From Epithemia pelagica (taxonomy: Eukaryota; Protista; Bacillariophyta): a stretch of DNA of 64,000 nucleotides. Made by a program: the position numbers and the translations under genes. Positions 1 through 11,030 of this stretch are shown one piece after another (position 1 is the stretch's first letter; each line of letters opens with the position of its first letter). Under the pieces are notes generated by a model, which searched no databases, was not told the DNA's origin, and was given only the letters and a program-made list of their open reading frames with translations. Location: contig OX337238.1 of the NCBI GenBank assembly GCA_946965045.2, positions 62,001-126,000 on the forward strand, read 5' to 3'.

Positions 1-475
1 ATGACTGTGCGAGACAGGAAGAACTGAGAACTTATTGTTTGTGGCGATATGTCTGCAAGAACACGAAGGAGAGAGACGCAAAACATCGAGGGACCAGAAA
101 AAGAGAAAGGGGTAGGTGGTTTCAAGTTCCTTTTTAGGTAGTTGATCTCGATCAACGTGCGTTCTTGTATTTGGTTCTTTTACTCGCGTGCTTGCATTTG
201 GTTCTTTCTGTTTCGCGTCCTTGAAACACTCAGTGTGGACGAAAGTCTAGATCCGTTTCGAGTCATCCACCGACGCACTACAAAGAGATGAATCATGTAT
301 GTATAGGTAGTCACTGAACTGTTCCAGTGGGTACCATCGTTCTCACCATGCGCAATTCTTTCTGTTTGGGGTAGACTTGTTAGGTCTACCTAGTAGGAGT
401 AAATGGGTAGACTATGATTTGCGCTTTGCTCTCTGTTGATAATCAATCGTTTCATTCTAAACCAAATCAATCTCT

Positions 476-3400
476 CTATCGACCATCATCATCATCATCA
501 TGAAACTGCCCAAACCACGTCAAATCTTGTGCCGTTCCTGCTCTTGGTGTTTGGACGACGATACGTCCAAATCCACGGGGTTGTTCGTCCTTTTGAATCA
601 TGGCAAAGTGTGGAAAGAACTGAGCAAATAGTTGCTCCACCACTTTGGACGACGACAGCGCGGTACTACTACTGCTGCTGCTGCTGCTGGACTCTTGTTG
701 GACATGTTCCAGATGAACATGAAGATTGATATCCATATGACTGCGTCCATCCCACGTAACAATTACGTGACCACCCGCAAAGTCTGCAGTCACGAGACAC
801 CCATTCCCAATTTCTGCTGTATCTGTGGTTGTTTCCCTGGTGTCGTTGTGTTTGGTGCTTTCCAACACTTGATCCATGAACTGCTCGATATCCGAACATG
901 ACACGCCGGGTGTTTGTGGACCCTTGCTCTCGTCGTCTTCTTGTAGAGATGATGATGATGATGATGATGATCCCTTGCGACCCACAATGTCACGTCGCGG
1001 AACCACCAAAATAGAGCTATCAAAGCAACGAACCTTGTACAGTCCATCCGACCGACTGGCGTCTTGAATGTAGCCTTGCACCCATGTGACTTCTCCAGTC
1101 TCCTCCGGTTCATTGTCGTTGTCGTCGTCATGGTCCGAATCTCGAACAATCACCTGCTCTCCATACGTGAGCGGTGCAGCAGAAGATGTCGTCGTGTCGT
1201 CCGCGAGTAACAGTTGTGAGCGAGACACGGTATGCCTGGAGACTCCACGATTGCGTTTGCGCATCACATGATATTTGTCAGTCGTCTCGTCCGATGGTTG
1301 TTCCAGCACAGTACCCAGAAACCATGTCCCATCCCAGGGATGGACATGGTCATTCACAAAAACTTGGGTTCCTACGGCAATCGTTCCTCCAGACGTTTGT
1401 TGCCATTCGTATTGCCATATTGTTTGCTGTGCGACACCCTTTTGGCTGAGCCATTGAGCACGACCGGCATCCACGTTGTAGTCCAGATCGGTAACCGTTT
1501 TCCGTTGATCAAAATTCGGTACATGCTGTTGAAGACCCACCTTGCTGAGTGCAAGATGAGGGACTAAACCCGGGTTGGCTTCTTGAATGGATGAAAACAC
1601 TTGATTCAAATGCTTGTAAAAGTGCTCGTCTCCCACGGATAGTAGGCCCACCTTCATCTCCGAAGCACCATGATGACTCGTGGTGTCATGAGTTTGTCGT
1701 ACCACCACGTGAGCATCCACAACGGGGTTGAAGGATACCAAGTCGGATCGGATTCGGTCCAGTAAGGCACGGCGCCATGACGACGACGTTGCCGGGGACC
1801 TTGGCATGGGCACAACCACCATCCAGTTCGGATTGGTAATCGACATGCCTCGCCATTGCACACTGTGAAGCATGATGCGATACAACACTTGTCCCATAGC
1901 ACGGGGCACAGCCGGATCAATGACAATGGCATGCAATCCCTGGGACTGCCAGAAGACTTGTTCTTGGAGCGTTGTGCGTAACTTCCGCTCACAAACAAGT
2001 CGATGATAGAAACTCTTTTCCCGCATAGCTTCATCATCATCATCGTTGTTCTCGTTCTCGAATGCTGACAACTCGGGACATGTCCACAACGGGATAAACG
2101 TCATCTTTTGGTCTGCATCGTTGATCCGAGTAGCTAGTAAGTTTTCGTACGTCGTACAATTCGTGGTGGGACAGACCACTAGCACTGCGCGATCTCGTTC
2201 GACAACAGGAGTCATGGAGAGTATATGGCTCAGAACCAGATGCTGATCAGTATTTGAGAGTTCCATGTCGGAATTGACTGGAGATGGATCGGTTCCAGAC
2301 GGGATTGTTGTATTTCGTGTTACAGGCACGGCGATGCCTTGTCGTAGTCTCATCCCCCCTGTCGTAATTTGATAAGCACTTATTATTGCAGTCGAAGGCG
2401 TTGGCTGAAACACAGTTGTGAGAGCCCTAATGACAGAGTCTCGTTGGTCCATTCGATTCCACAGCTGCACGTCTAGGGCACAGTACTTGTATTCTGGATA
2501 TAGCCGTGCGACTGCATATCCTTCTTGAAACACCACGATGAGAGAAGAAGAAGACGAAGACTCTTTGTTGGGTTCGTCGTGCTTTCTTTTATCGCTTGAA
2601 GAGAGAATCTCTGCAAATCTGAGTGGTTCTTCTCGTAACGCTTGTCGAATTTGGGCCTCGATGCGCCTGGAATCGTGAAGCGGAGCCTCGGACTCTTCCA
2701 CCTCCAAAATGATCAACAGACCAAGAAGGGGAGAAGGAGTTCGATCCGTCAAGTTTGTGTCGTTGTTGCTCTTGGTATTGTTGAATGACGGTTGAATCAA
2801 GTCGTTTGTTCGATAGCCGGACCAGAGTAAGGAGGAGTGATCGGCCCATGGCTGATAGATGAAGGTGTCTATTCCGTGATCGTAGCGTTGTCCATTGGTC
2901 TGTGCCGATAAAAAGTCAATTCCATTGCTGCCCAGAGTAAAGGATTGATGACAATAATAGGGCAATCCACTCAAATCCACATCCACAGTGTATTTGGCAA
3001 AGTCCACAACATTTCGATGGACAAAGTCCTCTTGGCGAAGCAAGATACCCTGAGGGTGAACCAGCTTCATGAGGTAGTCAATCAGAGTATATCGTTCGTC
3101 GTCCTCATCTCCAGAACTCGAAAGGGGAGTGACGGTCAGAGTTTCAAACACGTAGCTCAGCAAATCAATGACAATCAAATCAAAGGTACCAAAATATTCG
3201 TCTGGTGGAAGAAGCGCCAAACTTTTGGAGGCATTCCCAAACCACCATTGAACTTTGGGATACTCTTCAAAGTGGGGCGAGATTCCATAATGCTGAAAGG
3301 AGGTTCGCAGCACGGCCTGGTCCAGTTCCATGCCTTTTCGATTGCACACAAAAAGCAAGAGTCATTCAAGGGGGGTGAGAAGACAAGAGGTGTGAGAGGA

Positions 3401-5741
3401 GAGCATCGTGTACTACCTCCATCCAAAGCCAAGGCAATTCTCACGTACCAATCACCAGTTCCAAGGATGGATACTTGAGAATCTCATGCAAAATGACCAA
3501 GTCACCTCCACCGACAAACAAGACGCGTTTCAATCCTTGCGGCAAAAAACTGGCGGGATAATGAATCATGGTTTCATGGACATGGGCCCGTGTGGCGGTA
3601 CAGGAATGAAACAAATCGTCCAGATACAAGCAGGTATCACGAGCGACGAATGATGGGGATGATGAGTTTGTTGTCGTCGTGCGGAGAGGATTGTAGTGTT
3701 CGGGAGGGTGCACAAAATGCCGCCATTCCAATTGCTGGTAGGGAGACGAGACGCGGTCCACTTGCAATTGCGAATGGTGGTATTCCCCGTCCGTGCCAAC
3801 TCGAACGTATGGATGGTTGGGAGAGGGTGGTAAGTCGCATTCTTGCGATTCCTTGTGGGCATCATAGTTCAAGCCATCGTCCAAACGTTCCTCCAGTGGA
3901 TCGTACCATTCCTCGAGAGACGGCAAGTGTATCAAGGATTCGTCATCGGCATTCTTCTCTTGGGTTTGACGACGGACGAGACGAACGTGGGTAAAGTTCA
4001 TGCGTGCCGTTGTGAATGCGTCGTCCGTCGTACATGTTTCCAAGTCTCTGGTGTGGTGGTTGTCTGGATGGTCCGCGACGAATTGGTGATAAAAGTGCAA
4101 CCACTGGTCCACAGGTTGGGTTTCGTCACGGTCCGTGGTAACCTCCACGACTCGCTTATTGCGGGCCACTGCATTGTGGTTTCCCAACGAGCGTACTGAC
4201 ACCAATGCCGCATGAAGGGCATGCAGGAAGGAATGATAATAGTATTGAAATTGGTAGTGTTCCAGTGGATTGGCAAACACGAGTGATGAGGAGCTGGAAG
4301 GATTCTCGCCTGTCACATCATCCACTGGCGGTGGTGTGGTTGCTGTGCCGGATGGTTGTACCCCCATCGGTACAACGTGGCGTCGAATCTCGGGATCGGT
4401 TCGCAATCGTTGATACTGAGACTGCAACCAATTCCATTGGGCCAAGGTGGGTGGATAGGATCGCCATTGCACAGCCGTGATTCGTTTTGGCATGGTCGTC
4501 GTCGTCGTTTCATTCCACGACATGGCGTCCTGGTTGTTTTTGTTGTTGTTGTCGTTGTCGTTGTCCGTGTTGGAAATGGTATAATGGACATCCCAGACCA
4601 ACCGATCATCCATTTCACGCCGCCGCGTGGGATGAGGTTGGTGCCAATATCCGGTCGAAACCATCCATTGTCGTCGGGTTCGTTGCACCCGAGGCGTTGT
4701 GGTTGTTGTGGAGGTGCTACTGTCAGGATGTGGATCCTCCGTCTCGTGTGATTCCTTATCCTCCTTTTGTTCTTGATGTGGAGTGACGAATGGCCCGTCA
4801 CCAGCATTACAAATGAGTTTCTCCCCTTTGGCAATGTCTCGTGTCGCAACCAACTGATACAAGATGGGATGCTCGGAACTTTGAGTTTCCGGATTGGGCT
4901 TATTTTTCTGGGGATCCTCATCCTCATCATCCTCATCATCATGGTACTGCCAGGTCACAAGGCGTGCGTTGGTCCGGTGGTCCTCCATGAAACTTGATGT
5001 ATCCGTTTCCTCCAACTCGGCATCTCTGTTTCTTGTGTGGTCGTGTTCTTTATCCTCATCAAGACCCTCGTCATCATCAAGACCCTCCTCCTCCTCCTCA
5101 TCGTCCTCCTCGTCATCGTCGTCATCCAGCACTATGCCAAAATGGCGAGGATTCAACCCATCCTGCGAAAGAAGGACATGGTCGAGAATCCAAGCGTGTG
5201 CGGTCCGAGACCAGCGGTTTGCGGCGACGGGTCGTGGAGGCGGCAATTCGTGGTGGGTAAAAAACGAGGCTGGAAACAGGGGTGCCACAGCACCAGCAGA
5301 ACTCAAAGAAGAAGAAGAACACATCCAGTCCTGGTCGGACGACGGCACTGCGAGTACCACCAAGGATTCATTCACGGCAATATCCTCGAGTGCCACCACG
5401 ACCACAACAGGACCCGATTCCTCGTTCTTGTCCTTGTTGTTGTTGTGCGACGGCAGGAGACCGAGTTTGGTGGTGGTAGGACACGAATGTTGATTCTGCA
5501 ACCACGAACCGAGCCAGTCATTCTGCGGGTGGTTGTTCTGCTGGTCGTTGTCGTTCGTGTGCTTGGTTGGTTGGCCGGTGGTACTGGCTGCGGCATGGAC
5601 CTCCCAACGAATAACACCAACAAGGAGGAGAAGGACGAGTCCCCACAAATGACTGGACCAATTCCAGATTCTCAACGGTCCAAAGAAATGTCGTCGTCGC
5701 TGGGGCGAGGTTTGTCGTTGTTGGGAGGCGAATCGGGACAT
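476..5741 (-). CDS. Secreted multi-domain aminopropyltransferase (spermidine synthase-like) fusion with SET-like, two AdoMetDC-like and tandem Tudor-like modules; putative long-chain polyamine synthase-type protein. Exons 5741-3449 and 3333-476
   Basis: ORFs 3441..5939 and 476..3358 join through a 115-nt GT-AG intron (3448..3334, donor GTACGT) to give LKYPSLELVIG|MELDQ. Motifs: HETMIHYPA, RVLFVGGGD and FDLIVIDL (aminopropyltransferase); VATRDIAKGEKL (SET C-part); VVFQEGYAVARLYPEYKYCALDV and ADFAGGHVIVTWDGRSHMDINL (AdoMetDC-like); VGTQVFV..WFLGTV and YGEQVIV..WVQGYI..LYKVRCFD (Tudor-like). ATG at 5741 is followed by a hydrophobic signal (LWGLVLLLLVGVIRWEVHAA). Confidence 0.85.
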
Positions 5742-6711
5742 GGAAAAACAAAAAGCAAACGTCGTCTTTCGCGTTGTCCCAACGTTACCACTTGGTTTCG
5801 GAACAAGTCTTTTGCGTCTAGTAGATATGAAGCAGTTGTGGAGCTGGCACTGGGAGGACTCTTGTGTGGAATGGTGTTTCTCGCGGCGCTCCCCTGGTGG
5901 GTCTCGTTCTTTGGTGGTTTCCTTTACCGAGCACCACAAACTCTCGCCACGCGCGATGGATCCGTTGCATGTACATTCTGGAGCAGATTCTTTTGGTCTT
6001 GGTCAGAGAGCGCACCTCTCTCGTTTTCCAATCATGAGCAATCACGACCGAGTTACCTCTTTTATCTCTCAATAGCGCTATCTCTAGTACTCTAGGAGTC
6101 TTTGGCGCAGTACTCTATTCTATTGTGTTCGAGCCTTGGAACAGAAGACGAGATATCAATCCCGAAGCAATCCAAGGACAAAAAGGGCACGGAGATGGAT
6201 TTTGTCTGTGGGGACCAGAGATTCTTTTTTCTACGAACTAACCAACTAGCTCTGGATGGCACCACCATCGATTCCGCCTGTTTCGGCAAACCAGAGATTA
6301 CCAACGATCCATTGCTCCAGTTTGCGTGCCGCGCAACTCCCAACGACTACGAGGAGGAGGAGGAAAAGGAGTGCCCTTCTCCAAACGATTGCTGCCACAA
6401 CGTGAGTGTCACGGATTGCGTCGTCTCCTCCAACGAGTTTTGCGCGCGTGGATGGTGGGCGTATAGAGGTTCCACCACAACCGTGTCCATCCTACCACCT
6501 GTATGGCAACCCAAAACACAGCGCATTGAGAATTGCGCCCTCCAGTGAGGGTTGCGCGGTTGTTGGCGTGTAGAGGGTTCATCCAACTGTGTGCAAGACC
6601 ATGGCACAGCCCACAAACCATCCGAGGACTGGAAACAAGACTCCTTCCGTCTCTAGAGTGTGCGAGCCACCCGAATTTAATAGAGGGGTAGTATAGTCAT
6701 TGTCCATATGG

Positions 6712-7818
6712 TCAGTTCCCCTCCTCCTCCTCTTCTTCTTCTTCTTCGGGTGGCCAATCTTTGATTTTCAGTGATGGTTCTGCTGGTGGTTGGTCGACCA
6801 CGGGACGTTCAATGAAAAACTTGATGGTAGCTTCATCGCAATCGTCCACGATTCCACAGGCCACGGCACAATCGTGTTCTTGGACACCGCCCTCCTTGTC
6901 GTAGACAAAACAGGCCCGGTCTTGACTGGCATGGGGAATAAAAATGTCCATATTCCCACAGGCGGGCAAGGAGGTTTTGGGCGACTCGGCATTGGCACAT
7001 CGGACATGGCCCCGTCGTCCCACTTGGACTTGGAGTCGACCCTTGGCCGACAAGACGGTGGACGCACCCAAACAGGCTTGTGGTCCGACACACAAGACTT
7101 GCGCCTGGACATGATCTTCAATGTGAATTGTGGCATTGGCACAAGCCTGCAGGTAATCGCCGCCGCCACACGAAATCGTTTCATCGGGGTCAGGGACAGG
7201 ATTGTACCCGTCATCGTCTCCTCGTGGCACGCCAAAAAAGTCAAAAAAATCATCGCCCTCCTTTTGTGGCTTGTCGTTCGTGTCGTCCTTTTGTTCGGGC
7301 GGTGGTGGGGGTGGCGGTGGTGGTGGCTTGCCCATGGTAATGTGAAGCGTGGCATGTTGACAGGCATAGGTTTCCCAACAGGCCACACCGCCACCGCCTC
7401 GTACCGTGGCATCTTGACACGAGGCCTTGCCGGTACAATAGACGGCACTGCAATTGGAAATGGTATAGCCACGACAAGAGTTGGTATCCATGCATTCCAA
7501 AATGTCTTGTTCAAAATCATAGCCCAAGCCGGGAGGCACTTGATACCGGATCAACGGTACGTGTTGTTTGAGAGCCGTTTCCACTCGACAGACGGCCTCG
7601 ACCACCACCACCATTCTGCTGGGAAGAAGGAGAAGAAGAAGCGTTGCAATGGTTCGAACGATCCACCAGCATCCGGGGGACTTGGCACTGGAACAAACTC
7701 GATTGGGTCCATCACGGTGGATTCTCTTGGCTCGACGACTTCGACGACATGGTCGGTGTTCCTGTTGTTGCACTTGACGGGTGGAACCGTCCACCAATAG
7801 GTTCCACATCATTGTCAT
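6712..7818 (-). CDS. Secreted cysteine-rich 19-aa-repeat family member 1 (divergent; poly-Pro/acidic insertion, acidic tail)
   Basis: Hydrophobic signal (IVRTIATLLLLLLPSRMVVVVEA), then CRVE..VPL..VPPGLGYD..DILECMDTNSCRGYTISNCSAVYCTGKASC..RAC..CAVAC..CDEATIKF, colinear with six paralogs at 41-53 kb. Confidence 0.8.
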   Translation of the reverse strand: MTMMWNLLVDGSTRQVQQQEHRPCRRSRRAKRIHRDGPNRVCSSAKSPGCWWIVRTIATLLLLLLPSRMVVVVEAVCRVETALKQHVPLIRYQVPPGLGYDFEQDILECMDTNSCRGYTISNCSAVYCTGKASCQDATVRGGGGVACWETYACQHATLHITMGKPPPPPPPPPPEQKDDTNDKPQKEGDDFFDFFGVPRGDDDGYNPVPDPDETISCGGGDYLQACANATIHIEDHVQAQVLCVGPQACLGASTVLSAKGRLQVQVGRRGHVRCANAESPKTSLPACGNMDIFIPHASQDRACFVYDKEGGVQEHDCAVACGIVDDCDEATIKFFIERPVVDQPPAEPSLKIKDWPPEEEEEEEEEGN

Positions 7819-8148
7819 TCACACTCTCTCTGGGTTTAGTTTGTTGTTGTTCTGGCTTGCCACGGAACAAAAAATGATGCATCGACCGAGTCCATGACGT
7901 GGCTGTGGATACTTTTGGAACAGGTACCTGACACCCCCGAAAAAGGGGGTATTATCGAACTTTCTTTGTGACCCTCCACCAAAGATCTGATCGCGCTGGC
8001 CGATAGCTGCCATGACATGTTACTTAATGTTTCGGGACCAAAACCATTCGGCTTGCGCTCGCGTGCATCGGCGAAGCGCCGCTGCTCACATTTTGTCGGT
8101 CTTGATGGATTGATCGATCAAAAAGATGTCCATCGCCATATAGAGAGC

Positions 8149-8212
8149 CAGAGTGACACCAATCGGGCTGCGTTTGGACTCAGAGTGACACCAATCGGGC
8201 TGCGTTTGGACT
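8149..8212. repeat. 32-bp tandem duplication, 2 copies
   Basis: cagagtgacaccaatcgggctgcgtttggact at 8149-8180 and 8181-8212. Confidence 0.9.
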
Positions 8213-9353
8213 ACAAATACCTCTTGCAACAGGAGGAGGCGAAGAATGGTGTTGTGCCACCCTGCAACATGTTGGGTGCTCGATCCGAATCTCATCCACC
8301 AGTATAGTAGTATAGTAGTTGCCTTTGGATGTGAGGCACGAAACCATGGACGGCACAAAGGCCCGAACTGGAATGGAATCGAACTGCGGCTAATGCTCGA
8401 CACTATACAGGTCCAACACTCTCTTGTGTGTACACGAACGAACGACAAGAGAGATTCGACATGCTCTTGCCATGTGGAGGGATAAAAAGGCAAACCCAGA
8501 ATCTGCAGCCCGAGTCCTTCCTGGCGGAGCAAACTGCAAACTGTTGGTTGCTTGGCCGCAAAACGCTCATCGTTGCCACAGAAATGAAGACTACGCTTCA
8601 TGTTCTCCGAAACTAAACCAAAACACTCGAGATGCTTATTGGCTCCTGCAAGGTGGATGGGAAACTGGCAAATCCATCATATGCAGCAGGAGTCGTTGTT
8701 GGTGTTGCAACAGGCAAAATGGTTGTTGCTTCGCCGCGGAGTGCGTGAAATGTTGAAACGAACGAAAACCAAGTTTGCATATGTGTTTGTCACCAGCAGT
8801 CCAGTGTCGTTCCTACAGAAACCATGATGGGAATGGAACAACGTTGCTTGTCGACGGCAAACTGCCAAACATGTTGCATATACTGAGGCTCTTGAGCGGA
8901 TGCCGGTTCGAAGAGGCGGAAGAAGGAGGCGACGACGACATGCCAAAATGACTCTTGGTCGTAGACAACGGAAACCCTGTAAAAGATTGGGTGTGCTTTG
9001 CGAAACTCTCAGAGCAGCGGCGTGAACCATTGCATGTGGAGGTGGGCGGCAAAAAAGGCCAGACATGGCAACACGAACTATACATGAATCAACAACAGAT
9101 CTCCGTGGCAAAGCAAACGTAATGTGGCGTTAGCACAGAAAAGTAAATAGGAATACTTCGTGCGAGTGTGTCTCAGAATGAGACCATTCGACCAGGACCG
9201 TTTCAAACCCGAATCTTGGCTTGTGCCTCTCTGTGTCGTTTGGTTTCATGCTCCACCTTGAGCTGTTCCACCACATGCCAGGTGGGCTGGCCAATCCTTG
9301 GATCACGCACTGTCTGTTTTGTGTGCAATCAAAGGCATCTTATTCTCGTCTTG

Positions 9354-9660
9354 AGGACATGATCTCAACCAAACAACCGTAGAGGTGCAAAGTCCCTCAT
9401 CCAGAGCGATATGTTGTGGATTGAAAGGACATGATCTCAACCAAACAACCGTAGAGGTGCAAAGTCCCTCATCCAGAGCGATATGTTGTGGATTGAGAGG
9501 ACAGTATCTCAACCAACAACCGTAGAGGTGCAAAGTCCCTCATCCAGAGCGATATGCTATGGATTGAGAGGACACTATCTCAACCAAACAACCGTAGAGG
9601 TGCAAAGTCCCTCATCCAGAGCAATCTGTTGTAGATTTTACAGGACATGATCTCAACAAA
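9354..9660. repeat. Minisatellite, about 72-bp unit, about 4.2 copies
   Basis: Units starting aggaca... at 9354, 9426, 9498, 9569 and 9642 (partial); core ccgtagaggtgcaaagtccctcatccagagc. Confidence 0.9.
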
Positions 9661-10152
9661 CCAGCGTCCATCTTCTTCTTGCATACAATCTCCCAAGTAC
9701 CATCGTCAGTGCACACAGTAATCTGTTGCACCAGGTTCTTTTGTGCAAGATATGAAAACTGACAGTGTCTCGTGGAAAAGCCTGCAGGAACCATGTCGCA
9801 GTCAATGAGCTCGCCATGTCACGCCGACGAGGTAGCAGTAGACTTATTATCGTGCAGCGTACAAGAAGAGTCTTACAGCGTGGACATGCCAGCAAGAGTA
9901 CTTGCAATGTGTAGTCCGTAAATCCTTCCGATCGTGACAAGGTATTGTCCTATGCTCGGTCATGGGGTGCACACCGCATGTAGCACGTATCTGAATAGTG
10001 ATGACGAGAAATAGGCCATGGCGTAGATACGGTTCCTGCTAGGAATACGATCTTTCCTAAGAATCATGGTTGGTGAAAGAAACATTTGAGCACATGGTTT
10101 GTATTGGAAGAGTCTGCTTGTGTCATAACGTGCTTTTCTATTTCCACAGGAG

Positions 10153-10728
10153 TTACATTCCCGGTGGTCCCGAAATTCCCAATCGCTTCATTTCGTCGCC
10201 GACAAAGACCATCATATCCTTTTGTGCCTGTGTTCGCTTATCTCGTGCCGCGTCGGAAGCGGCCTTGAGTTGGGTGCACAATTCTTGACTCACGACATCC
10301 TTACCCAAATCCTTGCCAGCTTGTGTAATGACAATTTCCAACGACTTGGGAGGATTGTTGGCATCGCGAATGATTTGAATCTTGCCGGCGTCGCCACGTT
10401 CCAAGCGCGCTTCGGTCAATTCCGACATGAGACGGTTGCGAGCCTTGATGCCCACTTGATATTCTTGCAGGGGCATTCCCATGGCCTTGGCTTCGGCTTC
10501 CATTTTGGCCAATTTCTCGGGATCCTGTTCTTGATCTTCATCGTCCAATCCAGTGGCACCGGCACCACCAAACATGTGTCGAATTGTAGCGGTGCTGCGA
10601 GTGTGTGTGGTAGTACTGGGCGCAACCACACCAAATGCCAGGGCCACAGTGGAGGGACTGGACGACAACATCACAGCCCATACGCTCAAGCAAACAAGAA
10701 CGATCGTTTTCTTTTCCAAGCCAAACAT
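10153..10728 (-). CDS. Plastid-targeted protein, probably YbaB/EbfC (STIC2-like) family
   Basis: ATG at 10728. Signal peptide ending VALA-F (ASAFAP-like AFGVVAP), then a Ser/Thr/Arg-rich transit peptide. C-terminal IQIIRDANNPPKSLEIVITQAGKDLGKDVVSQEL..LKAASDAA resembles the YbaB/EbfC pattern. Family call is from recalled motif similarity only. Confidence 0.65.
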   Translation of the reverse strand: MFGLEKKTIVLVCLSVWAVMLSSSPSTVALAFGVVAPSTTTHTRSTATIRHMFGGAGATGLDDEDQEQDPEKLAKMEAEAKAMGMPLQEYQVGIKARNRLMSELTEARLERGDAGKIQIIRDANNPPKSLEIVITQAGKDLGKDVVSQELCTQLKAASDAARDKRTQAQKDMMVFVGDEMKRLGISGPPGM

Positions 10729-11030
10729 GGTAGTGAAACAGATGTATGATATGATCAACAGATGATATGTTTCGATCAAAAGGATTGACACGATTTTGTC
10801 GCTGCCAACAAAACCAAACGAGTGGGGTGCGTGGTTGAACAGATCCAACAAAGATCCACATCGCCTCATTCAGTCGCTGTTGAAATACGTGACACACGGA
10901 CGCATGACAGACTAATATTTTGCGTGCAGAGTGAAAAGAGTTCCATCCATTTTGGGAAGTTAAACTATGATGGCTCTAGATAGACTGGTTCTTTCTCGGC
11001 AGGACCGTCATTGTTCCAAAGAAGAGAGGT

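Larger units (their letters stand above)
8086..9940 (-). pseudogene. Possible decayed ankyrin-repeat-like gene relic
   Basis: Fragmented minus-strand frames carry ankyrin-like snippets (CQFPIHLAG, HNTILRLLL, GTLHLYGC); the paralogous copy at 35.4-35.5 kb reads AMHGDLVTAKWF. No continuous ORF. Confidence 0.25.

Noticed and set aside
5037-6095. Long antisense or alternative-frame ORFs (also 2945..3478, 6768..7520, 6790..7800, 11871..12755, 40929..41783, 44716..45432, 51175..52116, 52786..53616, 61356..62153)
   Set aside because: Shadows of real genes on the opposite strand or in another frame; no independent motifs.
6092-6620. Short ORFs between the polyamine fusion gene and family member 1
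   Set aside because: No motif; likely promoter or intergenic sequence.
9354-9660. 72-bp repeats as a CRISPR array
   Set aside because: Units are head-to-tail with no unique spacers, there are no cas genes, and the context is eukaryotic.
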